Shown piece after piece: positions 1 to 13,560 of a DNA stretch of 64,000 bases. The position numbers and the translations under genes were made by a program. Within the stretch, counting starts at the first letter, position 1; every line of letters begins with the position of its first letter. The stretch spans positions 8,680,001 through 8,744,000 of the forward strand of contig NC_067403.1 in assembly GCF_016432865.1 (NCBI RefSeq), given 5' to 3'. The notes under the pieces are model-generated. The model did no database searches, was not told where the DNA came from, and saw nothing but the letters and a program-made list of their open reading frames with translations. Source of the stretch: Antechinus flavipes. Its lineage: Eukaryota.

Positions 1-103
1 CTTTTTTTATATACCCCCAATCTCCTCCTGAGAGCCGTGAGCAGATGCAAATCATTACATAGTCCAAGTTTGGGAATATGACTATCCATTCTGCATCATA
101 TTT

Positions 104-311
104 GTTGTTCAGTTGTTTTCAGTCACATCCAACTCTTCCTGATCCCATTTAGGATTTTCTTAGCAAAAAGGCTGGAATAGTTTGCTATTTCCTTCTCAAC
201 AATTCATTTTATAGGTGAGGAAACAGGGTTAAATGACTTGCCTGCTGGCCAAAATGGAACTCGGGAGGATCGGTCTAACCCTAGATCTACCACTGTGCCA
301 TCTAGCTGCCC
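104..311 (-). mobile_element. Mar1-type CORE-SINE (marsupial)
   Basis: Reverse-oriented RTE-like tail (gttgttcagttgttttcagtcacatccaactc...), core segment, and head ending ...gtgccatctagctgccc. Confidence 0.8.
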
Positions 312-494
312 CTACCTTGTACACTTGAACTTTATTTTAGTTTTGTACTTTATGTAGTGATTTTCAATTGTGTTAAACCATGAAATATTTTCCCTTTCGT
401 CTTCTTAAAAGCATTCCTTAACTATTAAGGTCACTTAAAAATATTTCAAAATTTTCAAAACTATTTCACCTCCCTTATTTTTCATTTAAATACT

Positions 495-735
495 GGGAAG
501 GGGGTGTATTGGGAATCAGCCCAACCAGAGAGCAAATTGTTAAATTTCCAAGGGAACACATAAACCTTGAAAAACTGACAATAAATACAAATCAGGAATT
601 GATTTATTGTTTTATTCGTTTTTATGTTTAAGAAAGTGATGAATAAAATGTTAATAATGCAGATTTAAACTTTGAAAATTTGGTGTTTATTTCCCTCCCC
701 CCCAGAGAGCTGGTTGTTAAACATTTATCACCTTT
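495..735. mobile_element. MER63-like non-autonomous hAT (Blackjack) DNA transposon remnant
   Basis: Segments gagagcaaattgttaaattt, caaatcagg..ttgatttattgtttt, aagaaagtgatg..aaaatgttaataatgcagatt and terminal cccagagagctggttgttaaacattta match my recollection of the MER63 consensus. Confidence 0.65.
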
Positions 736-1534
736 GTTTCAAAATCAGATTTATTCAGAACAAACAACAACTTTACTTAATTCTGAGAAATTACCTATTT
801 GAATGACAATAAATTGGCCTAACTAGGCCAAGAAAGTTTGTAGTGGGCTCTGGGGTGGGGCGATGCTGAGGGACCTTAAAGCCCCACCCTTGCCTTTCCT
901 CCTTGATCAAGCCTCAATCTACGCAGACTTAGAACTGGAAGAGTCTTCAATACCATTCCCTCTCCTATGAGAACAAAGAGGGAAACTGAGGACCAGAGGA
1001 GTTCCCTTTCTTCCCCAGGATCCCAGAGCTTTCCTGAGAACAAGCCTGGCCAAATGACTTCCCTGATCTTCAACTCAAGCTCCTCCAGCTTCTTATTGCT
1101 GTGGGACCAAATAAAAACTCCTCTGTTTGGCACCAGAGGCCCTTTGCGATCCGGAGGTCTTTCCAGACTCGTTATACTCCGCTACTTTCAGGCACCTTAA
1201 ATCCCAGCCAAAATAACCTCCTTGTTCTTCCTTCTACAGGATATTACATCCTCCCTCTCTTGGGTTCTAATCCTGGCTCTGCCACTTAGAACTCTAGAAA
1301 TTTTGTCACCTTAAGTAAAAATAATAATAATTCTCGAAGCCAGGAAGTGGCGGCGCAGAGCACAGTTTGAACTCCATATAGCTCCACTGGGAGGAGGAGG
1401 CAGACAAGCTTCCAGTGATTGGGCAGGAAGGCAGGCTCCAGGACTGGGTGCCATGGATCAAGGCTGGGGGCTCTGTTCCCCCAACAACATCCAAGGATCA
1501 CTTTGTTCTGGCCTAGTCAGAACTCTATTGAAAT

Positions 1535-1690
1535 TTATCCCTTTTGGAGCCTCAGTTTATCTGTAAAATATGGATGACATTTCTTGAATTATCTACCCTT
1601 TAGGTTCATTTTTCATATTAAATGAAATAACAGATTTAAAGAACTTGGTAACACATAAAGTTTTGGGTAAATATCAACTGTTAGCTTTAT
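1535..1690 (+). mobile_element. MIR fragment
   Basis: gagcctcagttt..atctgtaaaat core and ttaaatgaaataaca..taaag tail. Confidence 0.55.
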
Positions 1691-2184
1691 CCTTTCTAAC
1701 ACTAGCAATGGAAATCTGATAATCTAGTAATTACTAATTAGATAAGAAAGAAAACTAATCAATGGACACAGTAAAAATACATAAATAATAAAATGTGTCA
1801 GGGAGATCATGGAACTGAGCTCGGAATGACCCAAGAAATTAGCTATCCCATTCCCTTTACTTTACAAGGGAAAAAGGAAACCCTGAAAAATGGTGCTCCT
1901 TCTATTGTCAGTAGAGCACTGAGATCCTGAACATTTCTGTCTCTGAAGAAGAAAATGAATAAATATAACACAAAAGGCAATGGACTCTCTCTGGATCTCC
2001 TCCCTCAGAGTGGTGAGCAAATCGGGCACAAGGGCATGATCGAGCTGTGATGGGAGGTTTTAGTCATCCAGCTTTTGGCTGAAGCTCTCTCTGCTAGAGG
2101 CGAGCAGCTGGGTTCCTTTACAGAAGGACGGGTCATTTCACAGCTCCGCCAAGAGCCTGTGCTCCTCCTCTAGCCCCTTCAACA

Positions 2185-2555
2185 ACCGTCATTTTCCTTT
2201 CTTTTGTTAATTTTTGTCAACACAGTGGTAAAAGATGCAATATCACAATTGTTTTTGTTTGAATTTCTTCTATTAATCATTTGGGGAATCTTTTCACACT
2301 GTTGTTGATGCTCATATTTCTTCCCCTCAGAACTGTCAGTCAACTCATATCTGTTGATCTTTTATCTACTAAGGAATTACTTTTGTTTGCAAATATTTGA
2401 AAAATACATGTATACATATATCATATTATGTGCTATATGTAGGCATATATTACTTACATGTAAGATTTATACAGATGATATCAGATCTTTATCAGAAAAA
2501 TTTATTGCAAAATTTTTTTCCAATTATTCTTTTCTAAATGCTAAATCAAGAGACA
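2185..2555 (-). mobile_element. Old L1 ORF2 3' fragment
   Basis: T-rich antisense L1-like text (gtttttgtttgaatttcttctattaat...gatatcagatctttatcagaaaaatttattgcaaaattttttt). Confidence 0.55.
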
Positions 2556-2561
2556 CGGTAT

Positions 2562-3185
2562 TGTTGGAGAACTGCCCCTTTATGTGGATGAACAAACTAT
2601 GACATATAACCAGTGAGGTCGAGTTCCAGACAAAGCTATATAAGCCTTCAGAAAGGAGAAGAAAGCAGAGGGAACAAATATTATATTAAGCTTAAAGTCA
2701 GGAAGACTAGGGGTCTTGATTAGGTTAAAAAGCAGAAAAGGAAGGGAGAATTGTTCCCATTGAGATATTCATTCCAGGACTATCTTTCCAAGAGAAGGCA
2801 AGACGGGCTGAACGAATGATGGTGTCTATCTCTCTTCTTTAAGAGCTCTCAAATCAAGTTTCAAACCTTTCTACCTTCATTCTGGTGATCAAAAGGTTTC
2901 TAGCAATGAGCTGTGGCCTTCTTTCCCTCTCACCCATTTCCCATCTCACAGTTATAGAGCACAGAAAGTTCATCACTCTTCCCTCACCATTACACCCTTC
3001 CCTCTTCCTTAAATTATTCCCTTTCTTTTCTATTCAGGAGCAGTCTTTGCCTTGATATGAAGCTGAGGGCCTTAGTGAACTGCTTACAGTTACCTCCCAA
3101 GCAGTAGTCCTGATGTTATGCTCTCTATTTGTAATATGGCTACGTTTGCTTATTCTTTCAATAAAGTGTTTATCTTTTAATTTCA
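2562..3185 (+). mobile_element. Possible solo LTR
   Basis: Non-L1 block between two L1 pieces; starts TG (tgttggag), ends CA (aatttca), AATAAA about 25 bp from the end; no TSD seen. Confidence 0.35.
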
Positions 3186-3189
3186 AGGG

Positions 3190-4542
3190 AATTAATGAAA
3201 AAAGGCAGATGAGGGTCCCCTAGCTGTCCCAGACCTAAAACTATGTTATAAAGCAGTGGTCAGCAAAACCATTTGGTCCTGGTCAATCAGTGGAATCAAT
3301 TAGGTTTTATGGACAAAACAGTCAATAACTTTAGCAATCTAGTGTTTGACGAATCCAGAGACCCCAGCTTTGGGGATAAGAACTCACTATTTGACAAAAA
3401 CTGCTGGAAAAATCGGAAATTAGTATGGCAAAACTAGACATTGACCCAGACTTTATGCCAAGACAGGATTGAAAAGGGTTCATGAGCACAAGTGATATTA
3501 TAAGCAGATTAGAAGAACAAAAGATAGTCTACCTCTCAGATCTGTGGAGAAGGAAGGAATTTGTGGCCAAAGAAGAACTAGAGTACATTATGGAATGCAT
3601 GGAGAATTTTGATTATATTAAATTAAGAATTTTTGTACAAACAAAACCAATGCAGACAAGATTAGAAGGGAAGCAATAAACAGGGAGGAAAGTTTTACTT
3701 CCAAGGGTTTTGATAAAGGCTTCATTTCTAAAATATATAGAGAATTGACACAAATTATAAGAATTCAAGCTATTCTACCATTAATAAATGGTCAAAGGAT
3801 ATGAACAATTTTCATATGAATATATTCAAACCATTTCCAGCCAGGTGAAAAATTGCTCTAAGTCATTATTGATCAAAGAAATTCAAACTAAGACAACTCT
3901 TACTTACTACTACACACCTCTCAGACTGACTAAGATGACAGGAAAAGATAATGACGAATGTGGGAGAGAATGTGAGAAAACTGGACACTAAAACATTGGT
4001 TAGATCAGTTCACAGCTCCACTAACATTCTGGAGAGCAGTTTGGAACTATGCCCAAAGGGCTATAAAATTGTGCATACCCTTTGATCCCATAGTGTCTCT
4101 ACCATACTTTTATCCAAAAAACATCTTAAAGGGAAAAATCCCACATGTGCAAAACTGTGCCAGCCCTTTTTGTAGCAGCAAGGAAGTGGAAACTGAGTGG
4201 CTGCCCATCTGCTGGAGAATGGTTGAATAAGTTATAGTATATGAAGGTTATGGAATATTATTGTTCTGTAAGAAACGACCAGCAGGAGGATTTCAGAGAG
4301 GCCTGGAGAAACTTACAGGAACTGATGCTGAGGGAAGTGAGCAGAACCAAGAAAACAGCAAGATTATACAATCATCAATTCTGACAGAAGTGGTTCTTTT
4401 CAACAATGAGGTGATTTAGGCCAATTCTAGTAGACTAATGATGGAGAGAGCCATCTGCATCCAGAGAGATGTGGGACTACATAGTATTTTCACCTTGCAA
4501 AGCCCTGTGTTCTAAATTCTTCCCCCCATGTGTATGTATATA

Positions 4543-4575
<33 letters not shown>

Positions 4576-4720
4576 GTGATATAACATTTTTAAACATATT
4601 GAACATATATTGGATTATGTGCCATCTAGGGGAGGAGATGGGAGGAAGAATTTAGAACACAAGGCTTTGAAAGTGAGAATGTTAAAAATTATCAATGCAT
4701 ATGTTTTTTTAAAAAACTAT
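3190..4720 (+). mobile_element. L1 3' portion (degraded ORF2 C-terminus plus 3' UTR)
   Basis: ORF pieces RLEEQKIVYLSDLWRRKEFVAKEELE and LLIKEIQTKTTLTYYYTPLRLTKMTGK are homologous to the L1 ORF at 58128-59219; frameshifts and stops present. Confidence 0.92.
4522..4578. repeat. (TG)n/(TA)n microsatellite in L1 3' UTR
   Basis: Directly visible dinucleotide runs. Confidence 0.85.
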
Positions 4721-6289
4721 TTATCTTTTGCAAATCCTAATTCTTGGGGGATAAGGGACAGGTAGAAAGGTAGGTGTGTGTGTGTGTGTGTGTATGTGGG
4801 CATTGAAGAAGAGACAGAATTCATTAAACAATTTATGTGAGCCAGTGAATAAAGTCATGGGAATAACTACAAGCAAAGAAGGCAGCCCTTGTTCTCAGAG
4901 AACTTATACCCCAGTGGGGGAAGATGACTCCAAATCAAGAGAAGCTGGAAAGGCAGACAGTATGAAAACAGGGTGGCATTTTGCCAGCAAGCATCCTAGG
5001 GCTGGAGTTCAAGATTTTGATGAGGGAAACATGGGGAGATTAGCTGAAATGACAATAATGTGCTGTGGAGCCGCATAAATGGCTGGGAAATATGTATAGG
5101 GATCAATTCTTTCCATTTAATAAAGTAAGGCAATATTTGAAACATACTTTGCAAATCTTAAAGCCTATATAACTGCTATCTGATATTAGCATGATTAAGT
5201 TAACAGAAAGTCATTGACTGATATTTTCAATGGCTAATATTTAAGATTTGTGAAGCTCTATGTAGCAGTTATAGAATCCCTTACATATAGTATGGTTTTT
5301 GATCCTTACAATAATTTGGTGAAGTAGTTACCATTATTATTTTTAACTTGCAGGTGGGAAAATTGGAACAAAGAAATGTCAAATGACTTCCCCTTGATCT
5401 TGTAGTTCTTGTGTGTCTTGGGGCAGGATTCTGAACTCAGATCTTCCTATCTCCTGTTTCATCTTTTAACAATTCCTGAATGATTCTGACATACACATAG
5501 AAATGCCTGGTTGTAAGAAAGCTGATGAGGATTTATACTCTATAGTTATATATTATTGTACATTTAATTATGTGGGTGGGTATATCCCCTTAAGCTCCAT
5601 GTGATAAGAGACCGGATCTTCTCTGGATTTTATGCCTCTCCCAAGTTGGGGTAAAGATGGTGGTTGTTGAGTCATTTCATTAGTGTCCAATTCTGTGACC
5701 ACATTTGAGATTTTCTTAGTAAAAATACTGGAGTCAAATGCTTTTCACAGAGTCAAGATTTTAGTAAATTCTGTTTTTTTTAAATTAAGAAGTTGATGTG
5801 TTATAGTGAAGAAAGCATCGATAAACATATCCTCACAAAATTGTGGATAAACCACTAACTTCTTGGAAATCCAGGTAGCTCAAAAACTTTAAATTAAAAC
5901 AAGTTTTAAACGAAATGCCATTCTACATTAGCAGAGGGAGCTTCTCTACACTCCACCTGACCAAAATAATGATGATGTTAGTAATAATGACAATGAATAC
6001 CACCCTACCTCCAAAGCCCAACCCATTATTCATGTATTGCTTTGGTGGGTAGGTAATAAGTGCATTGTTTTTAAAAAAAAAAAAGGACTGAGCATGTTAA
6101 TCAGGGTGATGTGTAGCAAAGACTTTAGGTGTGCTGAGACCAGGGATTTGATGATAAAAACCAATTTAACAAATAATTCTTAGGAGAAAGGTCCATAGGA
6201 CATTGAAGCTTAATCTGCATCATTACCATCCTCTCCATTGCTTTCTTAAAACTAAATAATCAACAAAATAAGAAATTATGCCCTCATCT

Positions 6290-6850
6290 GCTGACTCCTA
6301 TCCTCCACTCAGTGGCTAAATTGAATCTTCATTAAGGCAGGACTGACCATATTAATCCTTTATTTTCAATAAAGTCCACTGGCTCCCCAGTGCCTTCATG
6401 ACAAAATAGAAAAATCCTCTAGTGTTCAAAGTTTTTAATAATCTGGACCCTTCCTACTCTTCTACTTTAATTGCTCCCCTAAATACTCTGTAATCCACCA
6501 ACACTAGTCTTCTTCCTTTTTCTTTAATATAACGCTATCTCCCTAATTTGTATTATCTGTCCCACAAGTCTGAAACTATCTTCTCCAATGTCATCATAAC
6601 CGAACCTCCTTCAAAGCTGAGTTAAAATCCTATCTTATGCAAGAAGCCTTTCCCCATTCCCTTAATCTTATTACCTTCCCTCTGTAATTATTTCCCCTTT
6701 ATCCTAGGTATATCTTGTTTGTACAAAGTCATCGACATGTTATTTCCCCCACTAGATTATGAGTTAGCTTCTCTTTCTATTTTCAGCACTTAGCAGAGTG
6801 GCCAGCACATAGTTGGTGCTTAGGAAACATTTCTGGCTGACTGTTGAGTA
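6290..6850 (+). mobile_element. L2 3' fragment
   Basis: ggctccccagtgcc..., caagaagcctttcccc, cccactagattatgag, cagcacttagcagagtggccagcacatagt (L2 tail). Confidence 0.75.
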
Positions 6851-7139
6851 AAACACTAATGGGAATTCTATACCACTGACAAATGGGGATTTGGCAATAC
6901 CGTGCATTAGACTGGCAACCAAGAAAGGTGAGGTGACTGCTCTGAAGACCCAAAGAAACGTGAGGGGAATAGAGCAAGGAATGGAGGGCTGACTGTCCTC
7001 CAAAGTGTCGGGACTATTAGCTTTGAGCATAGCTCCTGTGTGTTATGGTACCTCAAAAAAGAAAGATGGGAGAAAACAAATCAGAAATAGCAGCACCCCA
7101 CTGCTTTGACATGCTTCAGTGCAGATGGAATGACCTCCC

Positions 7140-9120
7140 AAGCAAATATGTCACAAGAAAACAGGAAACGGATTGAAGACACTTATACTTTAGTTATGGA
7201 CCAGTACTAAATCATAACTAAATTGGAAAAACTTACTAGTTAAAGGCAAGACTATCCTATTTTTTTTTATCCCTGCTACCTTTTCGTCATCAGTCCCACA
7301 CCAACATATTGCAAACCAGTAAAAGGAAACTTGATCTGTAACTCTAGATTAAATGAAAGACTAGTCAAGGATTTGCTAAAATATAAAAAGAGATAGATGA
7401 AGGAACTCAAGGCCATGAAAAATTCTCACTTAAAATAGACTTTATAGATTTTTGTCTAAAAATAAAAAAAAATAAAATCAATAGATTTTAATAAGGAGAT
7501 GGAGATATTTAGACTGGAATTTAAAAAAAAACTTGCTTTGATTTTGATGACATAAATTCAATGAGTATACCAACTATATTGAAACAAAGAAATTAAAGGA
7601 AGCTAGCATTTGGGCATAAACATTATGCATTCTCTCAAATATCTGGCATAAAGTATGAAAATACTTGAAGACTATGTACCACAGAATATTTAATGACTAT
7701 TGCCACATATTAGGAGGAAAGATATAGTTATTAAAGAATTCTCCTGGGCATCAAGGCATCAACTTGCAAAAAAAAATAGATCAGCAGAAAAGCACTGAAA
7801 AAAATACATGCTGTTGTTCAGCCATTTTCAGTTGTGTCTTACTCTTCATGACCCTATTTGGGATTTGCTTGGCAAAGATACTGGAACAATTTACCATTTC
7901 CTTTTCTAGCTCATTTTACAGATACAGAAACTGAGGCAGGCAAGGTTTAATGAGTTGCTTAGGGTCACACAGTTAGTAAATATCTGAGGCTGTATTTGAA
8001 TTTAGATTTTCCTAAATCCAGGTCTGATGCTCTATCCACAGCACATCACTTAACTGCCCTATCTAGTAGGTATGCATCATGGAAAACTTGAACACGATAT
8101 TGTTTAATTAAAAGGAAAAAAAAGATTCAAAATGGAATTTAGGAAGGAAAAGTACATCAGAAATCCTAAATTCTCTTAATCAGCAATTTAAAACAAAAGT
8201 CAAAAGATTAAAGCAATATAAAAAGTTGAAGCAGGACAAAAAACAAAATAAGTAATTAAATGCCAATCAAAAATTTGAGGACTGAGGCTTGAAAAATAAA
8301 GAAATCAGAGCAGAGAGGAGAATTCCCAAAGAAGGAGGATCCAGAAAATCTCTGGTGATTTATACATTCACAAACTCATTATAACCAAAATGTAAATTGA
8401 AAACAATGACAAACAAACAGGGTACCCATTGTTTACATAATGAATGACAAAACAGTTCCATTCAGGGAGGTGATTAAAACTCTAGATTCTAGGAAAACTG
8501 AAAAATGATGGAGCAGATAAAACTCCTAATATTGGCTTAAACATTTCACAGTGGCACACAAATTATTAGTGAAACACATTATTAACATCTCTCATTTGCA
8601 AGTCTGACCTCATCTTCCTTCATAAAAGACATTTCATATTTGCAAGCAAAAGATGAGGAAAAAGTAACACCTCCAAATATGAATTAATTACTTATGTGCT
8701 TATATATAGAAAACATTCAAAACTTATCACACCTACAAAACTATGACACAAAACACACAAAAATTATAAACAAAAAGCCCACAAAAAATTATGTAGGATA
8801 AGTAGCGCAAAAAGAATATACTTAAAATTTTTAAAAGAATATATTTAAAAATTTAAAAATATACATACTTGAAAAATAAAGAGAAATTTATTAGAGATAT
8901 ATAGCCAAAGCAGCCTCAAATGACATTTATTGATTGCCTATACTATACTACTTTTATTGATTATTGCCAGGCCTTTGATTCAACTTACACTCATGGCTTG
9001 TTAATGCAAAGTAATTATATCAAACAGACTCAGAATAAAAACACTGGAATATTCAGGGTCCACCTGCAAAATCATTCTGTATTTAAAAGACACTATCAAC
9101 ATAGGGTTATCAAGAATTGA
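7140..9120 (+). mobile_element. Highly decayed L1 (ORF1 to ORF2 remnants), interrupted by a SINE
   Basis: A-rich coiled-coil-like ORF1 text followed by RT-region-like text near 9020-9110; no intact ORF. Confidence 0.5.
7810..8062 (-). mobile_element. Mar1-type CORE-SINE
   Basis: ttggcaaagatactggaacaatttaccatttccttttctagctcattttacagat..gaaactgaggc..ggtcacacag..taactgccc. Confidence 0.88.
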
Positions 9121-10189
9121 AATAGAATGTGACATTTTTACAGAGAAAGTGTAAACCTATTATGTTTCTATTTAATTCTTAAGTTCATTATCCTGTTTCA
9201 TAAATAGAAATAAATATTGTTCTAAATTCAGATGGGTTTGAACCAAATGATTTGATTAACATGGATAATATTAAGTTATATGACTCCACTAAAAATTTAA
9301 TTAATAGTTCCCTTATCTTGTGAATTCTTTTTTCACTGATATCAATAGGACATTTTACATCAGTAGCATTTGATAATTACATATGTATATATCAATATCA
9401 ATATAGATATGGATATAAGTTAGGGAAAGAGAGAATGAATGCTCCAAGTTTTAATCTAAGGTCACCTTGAAGCAATGGATGAAGGTATTATCTACATATA
9501 TTTAAGTCTCCTTCGTGAAAGGCACATTGAGCATAAAGATATGAAAAAGAAAGCTTTGCTTGAATACATTCAATTTCTGATCATTTGAAATCTAATTCAA
9601 TGGAAAGGACATTTTCTGAAGTAATTAACACCTGCTTGATATCAGAATTAATGTAAGCTTTAAGACTTGTAAAATGGACCATACCAGATTTGGAAAGTGT
9701 TCTTAAAATGCCTGTACAATATTAATGACCACACAAGGACCATCACAGAATGATTCCCATTTGCCCACTCCAAAGTAGGACAAATATTCATAAATATTCT
9801 GAAAAAACCTTGATCAACAGTTTAAAAATATATAGAAAGCCTTGAACATGCAGACTTTACTCAACCGAGTTTTAGTTGTACCGAGGAAGTTTTCCATAAG
9901 TCTTCAGAAGATAAGCTCATATCCTAATATTTAAATCAACTATAAAAGGCAATTAATTACTTATTTATTCTTTGCAAGAATACACCAGATATTAAGCTAA
10001 AATGAAAAATAGCAGGATAGTAACTTAGCAGAGAACTGTTTCTACCTGGACCTCATTAAATAAGAGCTGAATGAGATAAAATTACAGCATAATAATATGA
10101 CCTGTTTTACAAGTTTGTTGTGAGGCATAAGCATGATCAGGAGACAATGTCATTCAATGGAAAGAAAACTGAATTTCAAGTCAAAGGAT

Positions 10190-10420
10190 CAGCAAAGTAG
10201 CTCAGTGGCTAACACAAGACCTAAAGTCAGAAAGACCCGAGTTCAAATTCACCTTCTGGCATTTTGGAACATTGTGATTCTGTGTCACTGAACTTCTACA
10301 TGCCTCAGTTTACTTATCTGTAAAATGGGATAATAACGCCTGTCTTTTAGATTCATGAAGATCAAATGTAATATTAGCAAAGTGCTTTGCAAACTTTAAA
10401 ATGCTACATAAATTCTAGCT
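10190..10420 (+). mobile_element. MIR-type SINE
   Basis: tRNA-like head (agtagctcagtgg..gagttcaaat) plus core gcctcagtttacttatctgtaaaatgggataata. Confidence 0.75.
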
Positions 10421-10559
10421 GCCGCCACTACTGCCATAACTGCCATCATCATCATCACATAATCTTGGGCAAGACACCTAACAACTATGAGTTTCAATTT
10501 TTCCATGTTTAAAATAAGGGGTTGGTTCAGGTCACCTCTGATGCCCTTGTTAGCCCCCA

Positions 10560-11255
10560 AACTCCCTCCTAGATTTACTCCATTAGCTCCCTATCCCCTC
10601 CAAGAGCAAATACAAATTCTCAGTTTAGCCTCCAAAGTCTTTCATGACCAAGTGTCCTTTCTCCGCCATCTTTCTAGGCTTCTTACGCCTCTCTCTCCAC
10701 CATTTAGTTTTCAATACAGAGACACTGGCCTCCTTCCTCTTCCTCAAACATGACAATCTATCTCTTCCTGTGCCTGAAAGGTTCTTCCTCCTTTTGGGGA
10801 GCAGCTCTACAGCCGACCTCCTTCAAGTCCCAACTAAAACCCCATCTTCTCCAGCAGAAACATCAAAGATGGTGGATTTCATCCTTTCCTCCATTCAATG
10901 TTCTTGAGTTTGGCCAATCAAAATTAAAATATAATTGGAAAATATTTAACAAAATAAAAAATACAATCGAACTTTGATAATATGCGATTATCTAAGTCAA
11001 TATGTATTGTTAGTGGCCACTGTTTCTGCTGGTTTACAGCAACTTTCCCAATCCCTCTTATTTCTAACATCCCCCTTTTATTTCTTATGTTTCCTGTAAA
11101 TAGCTTGTTCGTACATATTTGTTTTGTTGTTGCAGCCTAATTGTTACAAGCTCCTTTAAGGCAGGCTTTTTTTCTCACTTAGTTGTGTATACCAGTATTT
11201 AGTATAGCACCTAATACATAGTAGGCACTCAATGTTTGTTGATTGAATTAACTTA
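10560..11255 (+). mobile_element. L2 3' fragment split by a DNA-transposon remnant
   Basis: L2 text at 10560-10870 resumes at about 11060 and ends in aatgtttgttgattgaat. Confidence 0.7.
10905..11035. mobile_element. Non-autonomous hAT-like MITE, copy 1
   Basis: Core attaaaatataattggaaaatatttaacaaaata..ctaagtcaata shared with 47775-47960 and 59600-59740. Confidence 0.55.
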
Positions 11256-13079
11256 AGGTTCTCTGTAACTGCAAACTGCTCTAGCAGGCACCTAGATGTC
11301 ACTTTAAGACTTTCAAACTACTTTACATACCGTATGTCACTCTGGGAGGTGGAAAGAGTCAGAATTCCAGGTTCAAATCTGGTCCTTACCATTTGGATGA
11401 CAACAGAAAGTCACATCCTCCCTGGGTCTCAGTTTCCTGATCTGTGAAATGGAGAGGTCCCTTCCAGTTCTAAATGTGTGATCTTAGAGCTTCACAATAA
11501 CTATCAGTAATTTGGGATGGACACTATAGTTAGTCTATCTCTAGATGAAGAAATAGACTCAGAAAAGTTCTATGAGGTGCCCATGATGACCAGGCCGCCC
11601 AGCAACAGAGGCCAAATTCGAACACAGGACTTCTATGCCTTCCAACTAGCACTGGATCCCTTGCTATTCTAAATAATGAGGCACAGGGTTTTGTGAATGC
11701 ATCTCTTCCTACAAGGATCCAGCATCTCCTCAGTTCCTAAGCTCTTGTGGCTTCTTCAGCAACATTTAAGACCGAGACCCAGGGGAACTGAGATGGAATC
11801 ATGTTTTTACGAAAGCCAAGAGGAGAAATGGGAGCTACATTGTGCAGGGGAAACATTTGCCCCAGGACTCCGACTGAGCTGCTTATTGCGTGGGTGACCA
11901 TAGGAGAAGCACTTTATCACTTTCTGCCTCAGAAAAATGAGTGGAGTTGGCTTGGGAGAGTTTAACGGGGCCTCCGGCTCCAAACCCATCATCTCTTGAT
12001 TACAAAGACCCCGAAGTACCATTTCTTCCTGGCCTTCCGCTTCTCCTCCAACCAGGCTCTGAGCAATTGGTCCGAGCATCCCCCCCAACTCCACATACCA
12101 CTGCTCCCTCCTCTTGCCTGTTGACCTTGTACAGGCTGAAATCCTGTTGCCTGGAGAGTTGATCTGTTCCAGCTGCGGCCACGTTGTCCACCCTCCCTGT
12201 GACTCGACTGACCCTAGCTGCAGTTGGTCCTGGAAGGAAGCCCTCTTGGACTCTCTGACACATACTATATATCCTGCACAGACTTGTGGGTCCTGACAAG
12301 GGAACGTAAATTCAACTAGATGGCAGGAGACAAGGGGAGAGAAAAGTCAAATGGAGTCATCGGAGTGGAGGAGGACTGAGCAAGCTTCCAAACCGCCTCT
12401 CCCCGACTCCTTCATACATATCCTCCCTTCAAGGCTCGTGTTGTTTCTTCTGAGATTTGTGTCTCGGTCACTTTTGAAGCCCTGAAAACAAATTAAATGA
12501 GTTGGAATAGCCGTCTCTCCAGTGGATGAGATGGGATAACTCTTTCGAATCCTTGTGGAAATTTGTCTCTGTAAATGGGTAATTACTAAGGAGAACCTGA
12601 CTGGAGAATGGTCTTTCTATGGCTCTGGTAACTAGATGTTATTGATTCTGAATGGTTCTCCCTCGAGGGCTTACAATATTTCTTAGCTTGATCTAGTAAA
12701 AAATATTTATAATGGTGTCTCTCTCTGTCTCTGTCACCTCCCACTAAAAAGGGCCAATGAAATCCAGGTTGAATGTAAGGAAAAATGTTCTGGAACTAGG
12801 AAAGGCTGCCTCGGGAAGGAATGAGTTCACCATCTCTAGATGTCTTTCAAGAGAAGTCTTGTCATTATTGTCATAAAGTTGATTTCAGTCGAGGTCTGAG
12901 TTTTCTGTTTCTGTATGAGTTGGAACTGAAAAACTCTGAAATCTCTTCTAACTCCAATATTCAATGATTTTTATATCCACTCATAGCTTTGAAACCTTCA
13001 ATAACCACACTTACTTCTAAACAATGAAGAGAGAGCACCCAAATCCTAGGAAATAGTTAAACAAATGATGATATATGAA

Positions 13080-13560
13080 TGTTACTGTACCGAATATTAT
13101 TGTGTCATAGAAATGCTATACTAACAAATCAATCAATAAGCATTTATTAAATGCCTACTATCTGCCAGAGACCTAAGTTTTAGAGGAAACTGAGAAAACA
13201 TCTATGAACTGCACCAGAAAAACATTTTTTAAATATTTTTTATTTATACAATGACCACAACATTATGAAGAATGACAACTTTGAAAGACTTTAGAAATCT
13301 TATCAATGTAATTAAAAATTCTGATTACAGAGGATGTGGATAAATGTTCTGTCTACCTTCTGCCAGAGAAGTGATGGAATTAATATGCAGGATGAGATTC
13401 TGAATTTTGGAATGTGCTCCCATGTGGAAATTGTTTTGCTTAGCTATCCAGATTTTTTATGAGTTTTCTTTTATTATTATTATTTTTTTTTCCAATGGAG
13501 AGGAAGGCAAGAGATGAAAAAGATAAAAAATTGGGAAATGTGACAAAATAAAACTTTGTA
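13080..13560 (+). mobile_element. Old L1 3' end fragment
   Basis: gaatattattgtgtcatagaaatg..catctatgaactg..atgaccacaacattatg, as in other L1 3' ends here. Confidence 0.55.
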
